41,977 nt of DNA. It comes from Chiloscyllium plagiosum. Lineage: Eukaryota. The stretch is taken from NCBI RefSeq assembly GCF_004010195.1, contig NC_057749.1, forward strand, positions 26,090,599 through 26,132,575, read 5' to 3'. How positions within the stretch are numbered: position 1 is the stretch's first letter; every line of letters begins with the position of its first letter. The notes beneath the pieces are model-generated. The model was given only the letters and a program-made list of their open reading frames with translations, was not told the origin of the DNA and did no database searches. A program made the translations under genes and the position numbers. Below are positions 1 through 12,729 of the stretch, piece by piece.

Positions 1-53
1 TGGACCAAAGGGTCTGTTTCCATGCTGTACATCTCTATGACTCTATGACTCTA
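1..53 (+). mobile_element. CR1 (HER1-like) LINE 3' terminus
   Basis: GGACCAAAGGGTCTGTTTCCATGCTGTACATCTCTATGACTCTATGACTCTA; the same tail recurs on other CR1 copies in the window (e.g. ~5281-5313, ~27785-27826). Confidence 0.8.
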
Positions 54-189
54 AATGCTTTTCTGGTGAGGCTTCCAGTGTATAGCAGAAAAGGTGCTGT
101 AATAGCCATACAATGTTTATGAGCAGTGCAATTTGCCGTGTCCGTATAGGTTTACCATACCCTTTATATAGCAGGCTAAAAATAGTTTA

Positions 190-440
190 AAAGGATAAAG
201 GTAATTGATGAAAGAACCAGAAGGAAGATGAGGAGCAATGGTTTTACAAAATGATTGTAAATTGCAATGCACTGCCTGAAGTGAAACATTCAAGAGTGAC
301 TTTCTAAAGGAAGTTGAATAAGTGCTTGAAAAGGGGAACTTTGCAGTTTTATGGGAAAAGAGCAAAGAACGAGGACCTTTCAAAGTGCGGGCAGAGGCAT
401 GCTGTGCCAAACGGTTTCTTTCTGGAACATTCTACGATTC
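190..440 (+). mobile_element. highly degraded CR1 3' fragment
   Basis: Order of motifs (…AATGCACTGCCTGAAG…AAAGGAAGTTGAATAAGTGCTTG…TATGGGAAAAGAGCA) matches CR1 ORF2 end and 3'UTR; no intact ORF. Confidence 0.45.
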
Positions 441-749
441 AGTGGTTCTGGGAATAGAGAGATACTTTCTTGTCATTCGTTTGGTCTCATCCTCCGGTGT
501 GAGAAAGTTGAATTTATCGCACAGACAATCTCTCCACACAACACTCTAAGGACTGAAGAATGTACTAATTTTATGACTTTGTGGTCGACTGTGAGTTACT
601 GTCTCCCACTGTGTTTCTCTCCCATTATATTTTAAGTCCAAGGCATTGTGTTTGAAAGTGAAAAAGCAGAAGTGAAACACTTTTTACCTCTTTTAATTGT
701 AACGTCTTCCCACAGCTGTGCTAATCTCAACGTTTGGGATGTTCTAAGC

Positions 750-1088
750 AGAAGAGCTTGTGAAATAGGAGCCAGAATGGAGCAAACAGAACATTGAGAC
801 TGTTCTGCCGTAACTGCAGTTGAGGTAACCTTCTGACTCAGCTCCACCTTCTCTTCTGCTTTCATATCTCTCGTTTTCCGGATGGTCAAAGATTTGTCTG
901 GCTCAGACTTAAATAGATTCAACAATCGAGAGTTTAAAGAGGCTGGGGTGAGAACTCTGAGATTCACAACACTTGGAGAGAAGAGATTTTTCCCTCTTAT
1001 CAATACTGAAGTCCTTCCTCTAGTAACCATGTGCCAGAGCAGCAGAACAGCCCGCTATCCATTATCGAACCCCTTTGGGATTTTGTAT
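750..1088 (-). mobile_element. degraded CR1 3' fragment
   Basis: Minus strand reads GACCTGATTGAAACATACAAAAT…ACTAGAGG…TGTTGTGAATCTC…AAGGTGGAGCTGAG…GGCTCCTAT, the layout of a CR1 ORF2 end and tail; explains ORF 632-1030. Confidence 0.55.
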
Positions 1089-1966
1089 GTTTCAATCAGG
1101 TCGACTCCAAGTTAAAGATGCCCTCCAACGCATCTCGTCCACATCCCGCACCTCCACCCTCAGACCCCACCCCTCCAACCGCAACAAGGACAGAACGGCC
1201 CTGGTGCTCACCTTCCACCCTACCAACCTTCGCATAAACCAAATCATCCGCCGACATTTCCGCCACCTCCAAATCGACCTCACCACCAGGGATATATTTC
1301 CCTCCCCACCCCTCTCCGCCTTCCGCAAAGACCGCTCCCTCCGTGACTACCTGGTCAGGNNNNNNNNNNNNNNNNNNNNNNNNNNNNNNNNNNNNNNNNN
1401 NNNNNNNNNNNNNNNNNNNNNNNNNNNNNNNNNNNNNNNNNNNNNNNNNNNNNNNNNNNNNNNNNNNNNNNNNNNNNNNNNNNNNNNNNNNNNNNNNNNN
1501 NNNNNNNNNNNNNNNNNNNNNNNNNNNNNNNNNNNNNNNNNNNNNNNNNNNNNNNNNNNNNNNNNNNNNNNNNNNNNNNNNNNNNNNNNNNNNNNNNNNN
1601 NNNNNNNNNNNNNNNNNNNNNNNNNNNNNNNNNNNNNNNNNNNNNNNNNNNNNNNNNNNNNNNNNNNNNNNNNNNNNNNNNNNNNNNNNNNNNNNNNNNN
1701 NNNNNNNNNNNNNNNNNNNNNNNNNNNNNNNNNNNNNNNNNNNNNNNNNNNNNNNNNNNNNNNNNNNNNNNNNNNNNNNNNNNNNNNNNNNNNNCCTCTC
1801 ACTTATCTCTCCACCCTTCAGGCTCTCTGGCTGTGTTCCTGATGAAGGGCTTTTGCCCGAACCGTCGATTTTACTGCTCCTCGGATGCTGCCTGAACTGC
1901 TGTGCTCTTCCAGCACCATTAATCCAGAATCTGGTTTCCAGCATCTGCAGTCATTGTTTTTACCTC
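1089..1966 (+). mobile_element. Penelope-like element (PLE) fragment, gapped
   Basis: Peptide ALQRISSTSRTSTL…LVLTFHPTNLRINQIIRRHFRHLQ…IFPSPPLSAFRKDRSLRDYLVR is typical of the PLE region between RT and GIY-YIG; PLE tail follows the gap (1795-1966). Confidence 0.8.
1360..1794. other. assembly gap (N run)
   Basis: N bases; other gaps at 8935-8970, 29268-29767 and 39653-39693. Confidence 1.
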
Positions 1967-2251
1967 GTCAGTGTTGGTAGTTCAGTGTAACAGGGAGCTG
2001 TTGCATTGGATGAGTGTTCTTCCAACCTTAGTGGGATTGTAGCCCACTGCTGGAACTTGAATGTTGAAGTCAACCATGGATTCTGTGGACACCGTAGATG
2101 AGCCTCTGTGCCACCCATAGGTGCATGTCCTCGGGATGATTATGTTGATTCCATTTGGCTCTGGGCTCCACCACTTCCTGTGAATGGACTAGCTACAGAA
2201 ACATTTACGTAGAGGATTCCTTCAAATTCTCCTGACAATAATTCAAAATGG

Positions 2252-2385
2252 GCAAAAGTGAGGACTGCAGATGCTGGAAACCAGAGTTTAGATCAGAGTG
2301 GTGCTGGAAAAGCACAGCAGGTCAGGCAGCATCTGAGGAGCAGGAAAATTGATGTTTTGGGCAAAAGCCCTTCATCAGGAATAGA
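2252..2385 (-). mobile_element. PLE-derived short tail repeat
   Basis: Reverse-complement similarity to the 1835-1966 tail; flanked by a near-duplicate AATAATT(C/G)AAAATG. Confidence 0.75.
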
Positions 2386-2654
2386 GAAAATAATTGAAAA
2401 TGCCAAGTTGCAAACATAAAGGAGGGACACCATTTTGTTCTGCCACAGATCCCTGATTGTGCAGAGACCTGAGCCCTGACTTATTCTCTCTCATGATAAA
2501 TGATATAGTAATGTTGAAATTGTTCTGTGGGAGAGTTTCTGGAATACTTCCCAGCTTAAAGTCCTCTGCTTAATTGCCCTATTCTAGTTAAATCAGTGTA
2601 GAATTGTCTGTGACCTGATAAGGTCTTTAAGAATAATTAAAGATGTGGATGGCA

Positions 2655-3468
2655 TGTCTTTGGATAGATAGACTAGGGCTGAAGAGTGGCAGATGGAATT
2701 TAATTTGGATAAATACAAGGGTGTTGCATTTTGATAAAACAAACAAGGGCAGGACTTAAACAATTAAATGTAAGGCCTTGGGTAGTTTTGTAGAACAGGC
2801 ACTTAATTTTTTTAAATTTGCGTCACAGATAGACAGGTGGCTAAGAAGGTTTTTAGCACTCTTGCTTTCATTGCCCGAACCTTTGAGTATAGGAGTTGGG
2901 AAAATGTGCTGAGGTTGCAAAGGATATTGGCAAAGCCTATTCTGGAGCACTGTGTCACCCTGATATAGGAAGAATATTTTCAAGCTGGAGCGGATTCAGA
3001 AAATATTTGCCAGGATGATGCTGGGAATGGAGGGTTTGAGTTATAAGGAGAGGCTGGGTAGACTGTACTGTTTTCACTGGAGCATAGGAGGTTGAGGGGT
3101 GACCTTATAGAGGTTGATAAAATCATGAGGGTTATAAATAGAGTTATTCACAAGTGTCTTTTTTATAGAGTGGGGGATTTCAAAACTAGAGGGTATATTT
3201 TTAAGGTGAGAGGAGAAAGATTTAAAAAAGACTGAGGAACAATTGTTTTACACAGAGAGCGGTTCATGTGTGCAGTGAACCTCCCAGAGGAAGTGGATGT
3301 GGGTACAGTTACAATGTTTAAAAGATTGTTAGATAACTACATGAATAAGAAATGTTTGGACGGATAAGGGTCAAGCACAGGCTGTGGGACCAGTTTAGTT
3401 TGGGATTCTGGTCAGCATGGACTAGTTGGACCTAAGAGGCTGTGTCTGTATGACTCTCTGACTCTATA
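2655..3468 (+). mobile_element. CR1 (HER1-like) LINE, 5'-truncated, degenerate
   Basis: TGGCAGATGGAATTTAAT (WQMEFN) motif, GAGGGGTGACCTTATAGAGG, CTCTATA-type tail; frameshifted. Confidence 0.8.
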
Positions 3469-4858
3469 TGAGTTTAACCAATGTAAGACCCTAACTGCTA
3501 TGACTGATCTGTTCCCACAGTGTAACAAACCACCAGAATATATCATCGGCTCGTGGGGTGGGTTTTGAGTCATAACAAAAGCCCAACATAACTGCCAGCA
3601 ATATAAAACTCGCAGTGAATTCCCTGCGTTATTTTTAATAGGTAAGAAACAAAGGTCACTCTGAGGTTAATATCCAGCCAAAAGGGTAGGTAAACAGTTG
3701 CATGAAATGGAGAAGTGGTGGTTTTGAATTCTGTACTTTGCAAGAGGAAGGAAAGGTTGGGTGAAAGGATGAGTCAGTGAGGCATTCGCAACAGGATACA
3801 GATACCAGAAAAATGAAAAATGAGACTATTTTAATTCTACCACATGCAGAAAGTTACTCTGAAAAGAGCACCTATTACCTAAAAAGAGTTTCTGAGGAGA
3901 ACTGATGGGCCTCAACATTTCAGACAAACACTGTGCCCACTGTCTGAAGGAATGACTGGACCAGGGGGAGGAGAGCAGTGGTAAGCTGCCATCTTGAACT
4001 GCTGCAGTCCATGTTAGATCCACAATGCCATTAAGGAGGGAATTCCAAGATTTTGGCTTCACTAAAGTGACTGCGATATATTTCAAAGTCAGGATGGTGA
4101 GTGGCTTGGAGGGGATTTTGCTGGAGGTGCTCGGAATGTGCTTGGAAGACTTAGTGGAGGATGGGAACATGGAGGCAATTTTAATCCTGATTAAGCTGTC
4201 TATTGTGTTTCTGTGATTGGTCAATATATGTTAACATTCTTGCTGCTGATTGGTCAAGTCAAATGTGCAGAACGAATAGCAATCTGTTTCTTGTAGGGTA
4301 AGGTACCGAGATAAACAAAAATGCTTTCTTGAGAGCCCATGTGGAATTGGTTGAAGTCAGTTGATGTCCGATGTGTCAGTCTGCAAGAGATGAGATAAGT
4401 TTGGAGCTTGAGATATAGACACACAAAAGGTAAGAGCAGGGGTGGCACACTCAACTCTTTGAGATTGCTCCACCATTCTTTATAATTACAGGTGATTATA
4501 GAACTCAGACCCACTTTCTCCCCTTACTCTTTGAGTCCTTTAGCCCTAAGAACTGTATCTAGCTCCTTCTTGTTAACATTTCAAGTCTGATATGATTCTT
4601 CTTTAGAGCTTGGTTTTTCAGAAATGAATCACAATGAGTCATTTAAAGATCTACAGCACTTTTGTTGGAGATGATGAAAGTTGGACCAAGTCAGCCAGAA
4701 TGGTGGAAAAGTTTTGTGCCTCCACAGATGACAATATGGACACACTTTGGAAACAAACACATTAACTTACATTTTACTGCATTAGTCCAACCTTCCCAAG
4801 ACATCAACAAAGAGCACACTTACATTGATTTGATCTAATTTATTGTAGCTACATATTC

Positions 4859-5313
4859 ATGTTGCCAGGGTTGGAGGATTTGAGCTATTGGGAGAGGCTG
4901 AACAGGCTAGGGCTGTTTTCCCTGGAGCGTTGGAAGCTATGGGATGACCTTATAGACGTTTACAAAATTATGAGGGGCATGGATAGGATAAATAGACAAA
5001 GCTCTTTACCTGGGGTGGGGGAGTCCAGAACTAGAGGGCATAGGTTTAGGGTGAAAGGGGAAAAATATAAAAGAGACCTAAGAAGGGGCAACTTTTTCAC
5101 ACAGAGGGTGGTATGTGTATGGAATGAGCTGCCAGAGGAAGTGGTGGAGGCTAGTACAATTGCAACATTTAAAAGGCATCTGGATGGGCATATGAATAGG
5201 AAGCGTTTGGAGGGATATAGACCGGGTGCTGGCAGGTGGGACTAGATTGGGTTGGGATATCTGGATGGCATGGATGGGTTGGACCGAAGGGTCTGTTTCC
5301 ATGCTGTACATCT
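4859..5313 (+). mobile_element. CR1 LINE ORF2 C-terminus and 3'UTR
   Basis: MLPGLEDLSYWERLNRLGLFSLE…DLIDVYKIMRGMDR…RTRGHRFRVKG…FFTQRVVCVWNELPEEVVEA is the canonical CR1 ORF2 end. Confidence 0.9.
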
Positions 5314-6011
5314 CCAAGACTCTACCTAAGTATAGTGAAAAGCTTTGTTTTGTGCTCAGTCCAGGCAGATCAGAACAAACAACAAAGTACACATCATAGA
5401 GTGCTTAGACAGAGTGAGGTATACATGGGTTATGGCTGCAGAGGAGGTACACGAAGCAAGATCAACATTAGCAAGGTAAGTAGATTTAAAAAACATTATT
5501 AGCAATTTTTACACACTTAGAATTTAGGGTTAGAAGTGCAGAACAGAATGTGAGAATAAGATCTGCTGCAGAGACCTCAAAAAGAGTTGTCCAGTGTCAA
5601 CGCCATCTTGAAACACTGTGCCTCTTGTGTGCACAATCTCGTTATCACAATAATCATATTTTTAGTTTTCTTTATTCTCCTCTTTCATCTAGCAGAAAAT
5701 GTTTGTGCTATGTAAATTTCAAGCAACAATGCAGATTAGGGGCCTGCTTGGGCACAATGATTCATCAAGTTTTTTTTCCCACCTAGACAGAATGCAGCCA
5801 TTGTACATCATTAATCCACTTGCAGTCCCTCTCCTAAATTGCAAAATGGAGGGTTGGAGAAAAGTCTTCATCCAAAATCGGAATAATCTATCAGCAATTC
5901 CTCTCTGAGCCCTGTAGCCAATCAAGTAAAACCAAGAAAACCATAAGGAAAAACAAAATCAGGTATATCCCATGTGATCTTATTAAGAAAACATATTCTC
6001 ACTTAAGAAGT

Positions 6012-6182
6012 GGATGTGCCGATGTTGGACTGGGGCGGACAAAGTCAGAAGTCACACGACACCAGGTTATAGTCTAACAGGTTTATTTGAAATCACAAGC
6101 TTTGACCTGATGAAGGGGCAGCATTCCAAAAGCTTGTGATTTCAAATAAACATGTTGGACTGTAACCTGGTATTGTGAGACA
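6012..6182. mobile_element. PLE tail in inverted (head-to-head) arrangement
   Basis: ACCAGGTTATAGTCTAACAGGTTTATTTGAAATCACAAGCTTT versus AAAGCTTGTGATTTCAAATAAACATGTTGGACTGTAACCTGGT; decayed CTGATGA core between the arms. Confidence 0.7.
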
Positions 6183-6576
6183 ATTGTCACAAACTCATCT
6201 AATTCAGTTCTGACGGTCCGCAGTGAATTCATATTTACAATAGCTTTTCATAATCTATTAGAGTCATAGAGTCATAGAAATGTGCAGCATGAAACAGACC
6301 CTTCGGCCCTCTGTGAAAATAAGTACTTATTGGCATCTAATTTAACAGTGTGTTTTTGCTGAGTTGTAGCATTCCCAGTTTTACGTTAGGAGCTTATCCA
6401 GAGGAACCGAATATCGAAATAATCCAGCATGATCGCGAGATCCTGATGCTTGGCTAAACTATGTTATCCGGCACTCGATTAATTAAAGGTATTTAATTTG
6501 GTTGCATCACCATAGTCTTACCAGACCATTAGAGAGAAGTGACTGGTGGTGATTTAACCTGAGGGCCACCAGACCT

Positions 6577-6693
6577 TCTTTTGCCCGAAACGTCGATTTT
6601 CCTGCTCCTTGGATGCTGCCTGAACTGCTGTGCTTTTCCAGCACCACTGTAATCTAGAATCTGGTTTCCAGCATCTGCAGCCATTGTTTTTAC
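6577..6693 (+). mobile_element. PLE-derived tail with ~12-bp target duplication
   Basis: Same family as 1835-1966; CCACCAGACCTT on both sides. Confidence 0.75.
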
Positions 6694-7631
6694 CACCAGA
6701 CCTTGGGTAAGGGAAGAGGTTGAGAAGGAGAGTCCTTCACAGTAACCTCAAACCAGTGATAGGAATTGACCCCAAACTGTTGGTATCACACTGCTCTGTA
6801 ACCCAACAATCCAGCCAACTGAGCTAAACCAACATCTAATGATGCGAACAAGGAAATGTTATTTTCTCCAGCAGAGAAGACAACAACAAAAGATCATTAA
6901 TTTGAATTTGATTTCCTGAAAAGAGAAACGAGGTGCCAAAGCTCTTAATATTGCACTCATCAGAACACAAGCAAAAATGCCACCTTTCAAACAAAACACA
7001 ACAATTTATACAGCAGGAGGAAAGGAGTGCTGATTGGTTTGCAAATTGGTTCTGGCTGAGGCAAAGCCATGGAGAAAGCCACAGGAAACTATCAGCCCTT
7101 CAGGATTCCAGATAACTCTGAAAAGGCAAAGGTTTGAAAATATCCCTTTTGTTTTCAGAGACTGGATCCTTGCACATACATGCACATCGCTTCTCATGAG
7201 CATTGTTGAGCTGGACTGATTATTTTTAATTGGTTGTTAGTGCAGATTAATAACACACTTGAGATTGTTTTTTGCAAGTGCTGTTAATCCCTGAACCTCA
7301 TAAAAAAGTAGATGTTGCATTTTGCATTTTGCAAGTGTGGGCATGAGTACATTCTGTACTCAACCTCCCAGGTACATTCAGAGGAACATGTGTTTTGATT
7401 TCATTAACCAGTCATTGGGACATACAGTCTTGCGTCACACTGGTAGTATACCAGCAAGCCATTTCATGTTGCCACTAAGCACACCCAACACAAGTGGCAT
7501 TTCCCAGGAGCGAGATGCTATTTTCAGTCCACTTTGCCTACCACTCAATTGAGTCATTAGTGACTTTCAGTTTTGTTGTCAAATGTTTAAAGACAGTCTC
7601 CAAGTTTGTTTGTTGAAGCTATTCTGAACTA

Positions 7632-7806
7632 CAGAGGAACTTTGATTATCCAAAGAGCATGGGTGGAGAGTATTTTGTTTGGTTAATCAAATTCTGGATA
7701 ATCGAATGCCGGATAAGATAGTTTAGCTAAGCATCGGAACCTTGCGATCTTCCCGGATTATTCTGATATTCGGATAATCGAATGCCGGATAATCGAGGTT
7801 CCTCTG
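7632..7806. mobile_element. Tc1/mariner-type MITE
   Basis: TIRs CAGAGGAACTTTGATTATCC…GGATAATCGAGGTTCCTCTG, flanked by TA on both sides; related to 39322-39949. Confidence 0.85.
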
Positions 7807-8861
7807 TATAAGCTCCTAACACAAAGCTGGGAATGCTGCACCTCAGCCAAAAAACCTTCTAAACTACTCTTAGTCTTCTCTGCTCCAATAAGACATAATC
7901 CTAATATCTTAAATTATTTTCTGATAATTAAAGTTTCACAAGTCTTGTTTCATCCTGGCCAACACAGCTCAATCTAAACACCCCAAAACAGGCAGCCAGA
8001 ACTGCACTTGGCATTTAAACTAATGCCCTTTTCCTCTATTTGTGACTTTCAAACCGGAATTGGCAATGTCAGTGGCATTCTCAAGGGACCTGTCTCTCTT
8101 GATGTGATTGTCATATCAGCAGACTACTTCCAAGTAAGCCAATACACCATTGCACTGTTGCACATTGTTAAAAAATTAGGGTGTAACAATTGTTTTCAAA
8201 GATGTATGCCTCCTGCTAATCTAACTTGTCGATAGCCTCTGTGATGGGTGGGTGAACAAACAGCGATTATCTGTGTCTCAAAGGGGACACCACCCATGTA
8301 ATAGCGGAATGTTCTTGTAGTCATCCTTATGTATTTGCGGTGCTGTGAACAAAGTTAGTAAATTGTAGTTGTGCTCTTGATGATCAGTGCCTGAAACCAT
8401 GAGATGTCATCCTTCAATGAATGGATGATTTATTGTCATATGTTTTACAGTGAAATACAATAAAACACAGTGAAAAGCTTTCATTTGTTGCCAAAATCCA
8501 GCACCAATTTGATAGTTTAAGAATAAGAGAAAATGAAAAGATATATCTTAAAGAGACAACCATCCACGGACGAGTTCTGAGCTCAGGACCACCATTGCCT
8601 CACCGATGTTTACTCCAGACTCAACTAATGTTGAAGTCGCTGATCTTCAGATATCACCTTTCACCGCTAGGCTGATTGCCACAACCCACACTGGGCATAC
8701 CGAGGTCGAAGACTATTGTCATGTTTGATGCTCCCACCTTCACTTTGTTGCCGCCAGTACAAGGCAAAGCTGCTGATCCTCAGGCACCACCTTTCATCGC
8801 TGGGCCTACTACGCTGACTCCAGGGTTACCTCATGGATCACCCCCCCCCCCCACCTCTTGC

Positions 8862-9297
8862 ACTAGGTTCACTCTCTCCCCCTCTTCTGGGTTCACACTC
8901 CCACCTTCTCATGCTGGGCTCACTCTCCCACCCCNNNNNNNNNNNNNNNNNNNNNNNNNNNNNNNNNNNNACACTGAGTTCAGTCTCCTCCCCTCCCCTC
9001 CCCAACCCCCAACCCCGGACAACATTAGGCTCTCTCTCCCCCCAGACTGGACTCATTCTCCCCACAGACTAGGCTCACTCTCCCCACAGACTAGTCTCAC
9101 CCTCCCCCTACACTGGGCTCACTCTCCCCACAGATTAGGATCACTCTCCCCCACAGTGGGCTCACTCTCCCCCTGCACTGGGCTCACTCTCCCCACAGAT
9201 TAGGATCACTCTCCCCCATAGTGGGCTCACTCTCCCCACAGATGACAATCACTCTCCCCCCACAGTGGGCTCACTCCCCCCACCCGACACTAGGCTC
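8862..9297. repeat. minisatellite, ~21-22 bp unit (CACTGGGCTCACTCTCCCCACA-like)
   Basis: GGCTCACTCTCCCC motif repeated many times; spans a small gap. Confidence 0.85.
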
Positions 9298-9634
9298 AGG
9301 AACCAGGTTTGCTAACCGAGTCAGTGGTGTCTGCAGAGCGATAAAGTACTTTTTCTAGTTGTAGTGAGGTATGAATCGAGAGCGGGAGTGAGTTTGGTGA
9401 TGAGTGGGCAAGGTTTTATAATCAGTTCCGGGATTATTGACTGTAGTTGATACAGTTATGTGAGCCGATAAGGTTAACAATGGCAGGAGAACCTGTGGAG
9501 TGCTGCTCCTGCAATATGTGGGAAACTTCTGGTCTCCATGGTGACGACATATACAGGGAATACATTCAGCTGAAGCTCCAGATTTGCCACATGAAGGGCC
9601 TGGAGTTGCAAATGGAAAATAAGAAAATAATTAC

Positions 9635-9945
9635 AGTGCTGGGGACCTGGATTTGATTCCAGCCTCAGGCAACTGTCCGTGTGGAGTTCCCACATTCTCC
9701 CCGTGTCTGCGTGGGTTTCCTCCGGGTGCTCCGATTTCCTCCCACAGTCCAAAGATTTGCAGGTCAGGTGGATTGGCCATGCTAAAATTGCCCCATAGTG
9801 TTCAGGGATGTGTAGGTTAGGTGCATTAGTCAGGGGAAAGTAGGGAAATAGGGTAGGGGAATGGGTCTGGGTGGGTTAGTCTTTGGAGGGACGGTGTGAA
9901 CTTGTTGGGCCAAAATGGCCTGTTTCCACACTGTAGGGATTCTAA
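9635..9945 (+). mobile_element. HE1-like SINE, 5'-truncated
   Basis: TGTGGAGTTCCCACATTCTCCCCGTGTCTGCGTGGGTTTCCTCCGGGTGCTCCG core shared with other copies; CR1-derived 3' end. Confidence 0.8.
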
Positions 9946-10039
9946 CATTTAAAATAATTCTTCCAATTAGTGGACCCTGAGACCTTCTGAGCTCAATATC
10001 GAGTTCAATCATTTTAGGGCATGAGCACTTTTTCCCACG

Positions 10040-10402
10040 TCCTTACCCCAACCCCCCGCACACCAGGCCATGTCAACATCACATGGGCTGCTACCACAAC
10101 CACCCCATTGTCAACCACTAATTGCCCCCATTAGCAGCTCTTCGATTCTCCCAGGCTGACCTTTACCTGTTCTTTTGTCTGCCCAACTGCTTCTCTCTCT
10201 CTCTCTCACTGGGCTCCATCTCCAACCATTGTTTACTCCTCCTCACCCCATCTTCAGGATATAGGCCAACATTTTCCTCGCTAAAATCAGTTCTGCAGGA
10301 GGGTCACTGGGCCTGAAACGTTAACTCCTTTTTCTCTGCACAGATGCTGCCAGACCTGCTGAATCTTTCCAGCAGTTTCTGGTTTTGTTTCTGATTTTCA
10401 GC
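10040..10402 (+). mobile_element. PLE-derived 3' repeat (second subfamily)
   Basis: …GGGTCACTGGGCCTGAAACGTTAACT…CAGATGCTGCCAGACCTGCTG…TCCAGCA tail; related copies near 17690-17790 and 35110-35560. Confidence 0.55.
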
Positions 10403-10419
10403 AACCAGAGCACATCGGT

Positions 10420-11430
10420 TTTATTTTGGAACCATGCGTCAAGTTCAGGTCACCACACTACCAGAAGGATGTGGAGGCTCTGGAGAGGGTACGGACACAG
10501 TTTACCTGGTTTGGAGGGTATTAGCTATGAGGAGAGATTGGACAAACTTGGTTTTGTTTTCACTTGAACATTGATGGATGAGGGATGAACTGATAAAAGT
10601 TTATAAAATTTTGAGAGGCACGGAGATAACGCGGTTTTCCCAGGTTTCCTTGGATGGTGATGGCTAGCACGTGGGGACATAGCTTTAAATTGAGGGGTGA
10701 AAGAAATAGGATAGATGACAAAAGTAGTTTCTTTCCTTAGAGAGTAGTAGGGATGTGGAACACACTGCCTGCAACAGTAGTAGACTCACCAATTTTAAGG
10801 GCATCTAAATGGTCATTGGGTAGACATAACAGTTGAAAATGGAGTAGTGTAGCTTGAATGGGCTTCAGATTGTTTTCACAGGGTGGTGCAACATCGAGGG
10901 CCGAAGGGCCTGTGCTGCGCTGTAATGTTCTATCTTCTATGTTCTATGAATGGTTAGTTGGGGACTCTTTCCCAGGGTAGAAATGTCAATTACTAGGGGA
11001 TATAGGTTTAGGATAAAAGTGGTGAAAATGTGTTGCTGGAAAAGCGCAGCAGGTCAGGCAGCATCCAAGGTCTTTTTACTCAGTGGGTGGTAAACTTGAA
11101 AGGGTTCAGAAACGATTTACAAGTTTGTTGTCAGGCTTGGAGGGTTTGAGTTATACGCAGAAGCAAAAAAGGCTGGGGCAATTTTCCCAGGAGCTTCGGA
11201 GGCTGAGAGGTGAACCTTATAGTGTTTTTTAAAATCATGGGGAATGGGTAGAGTGAGTAGCCCCAAGGTAGGGGAGGTTTATAAAATCATGAGGGCATGG
11301 ATAGGGTAAATAGACACAATCTTTTCCGTGGGGTAGGGGAGTCCAAAACTAGAGAGCATAGGTTTAAGGGGAAAGATTTAAAAGGGACCTAACGGGCAAC
11401 TTTTTCACACACAGGGTGGTACTTGTGTGA
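10420..11430 (+). mobile_element. composite of nested CR1 3' fragments plus a short PLE piece (11022-11070)
   Basis: Several repeats of the GGTTTGGAGGG…/TTATAAAATCATG…/ACTAGAG…ATAGGTTTA motifs; LPGLEGISYEERLDKLG peptide. Confidence 0.7.
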
Positions 11431-11799
11431 AAGTTGAATTTTTTAGACTATTTTTTAAGGTTAACTTTATGGGGTTGACTATTACATGCATACTACTTTT
11501 GAGGGGCTGAAATTCATGCGACAGTCCAAAATACCAAATCATTAGCATAAGCCCAATCAATTTCTAAACGAATAAAGAAAAGACAACAACGATTTATGGA
11601 AAGCTGAGCTGCACACAAAGGGAGGTTATCACTTGTCTTTGATCTGATGCATCTTAAACTTTCATGCCAAATTGGTGCAAATTGTACATCAAAACACATA
11701 ATAGCATGAAAGAAGAATTCATTTCCTCATTGTAATATTAATGTACAGAATAATACCATGATTCACAATTGTTGATCTGTGAAGAACTAGGGTCAACTT

Positions 11800-12036
11800 G
11801 CTTCCCCCCCATCCGCTCCACCCTCCTCTCCCACCATCACCCCCACATTGCATTCCCAGCTACCTTTCCCCCAGCCCCACAACCCTCCCAATTATCACTC
11901 AGCCACAAGCCTCATTCCTGATGAAGGGCCTATGTTGAGAATGCCGACTCACCTGCTCCTCGGATGCTACCTGACTGGCTGTGGTTTTCCAGCACCGCAC
12001 TCTTCGACTCTGATCTCCAGTCCTCACTTTTACCTC
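11800..12036 (+). mobile_element. PLE-derived tail
   Basis: C-rich lead-in, then CATTCCTGATGAAGGGC…GGATGCTACCTGAC…CAGTCCTCACTT. Confidence 0.65.
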
Positions 12037-12729
12037 ATGGTCATCATCATGAGTCTCTTAATTCCAGATTTTTATTCGAATTCAAGTTCTATCACCTGCC
12101 ATGGTGAGATTTGAACCTGGACCTCCGAACATACCCCAGACTGCCGGATTAACAGTCCAGTGGTGATACCATTAGGCCATCATTTCCCCATCAGCTTGCA
12201 CTCATTATTTTGGGGGCAGGTTCAAATCTCAACCCATGGAAGCAGGAGGAAATATATTCAACTGGTTGAAATAATTGTGACTATAAAAGTATCAACATTT
12301 TGTTGTTTAAAAAAACTCATCGGGTTTGCAAACTTTGCTTTTCTTCTCAGTGAGCTCTGAGAGATTGTTGGGCTTGCTCTCTCTGGCACCAGATTGTGAG
12401 ATGATTTAAGATCCTGTTTGTATTCTCCAACACCATCTTCCTGTGCAAACTGCTTTGAGAATCTTTGTTTCTGACCTCAATCCCCTACTGAGCTATCTGC
12501 TTTTATAATATGGCTGTCCTTGCTGCTGAAGGAACTGCACTTGCAAATGCTTTTGACATTACTGCGTTCCTCAGAAAAGCTGCAGTGACAACTTGCAGAG
12601 CACAGTGACAGTTCACTCTCAAAAAACAGAACCTCTAAAGACTTCAGGCAACCAATCCATTCACAGTCTGTACTCTTCAAAATGTGTTGGTAGTGTTAAA
12701 GGTGTAGGAATTATAAACATTTCGCTTCA

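Noticed and set aside
632..1030. 132-aa minus-strand ORF as a host exon
   Set aside because: The nucleotide sequence follows a decayed CR1 3' end, and the peptide has no recognisable homology.
1343..1990. Long ORFs spanning N runs (also 29188-30063 and 39381-39874)
   Set aside because: Artifacts of translating through assembly gaps.
12340..12720. Coding-looking stretch upstream of the RTE fragment
   Set aside because: Stops in the frames examined and only faint, unconvincing RT-like words; I cannot assign it.
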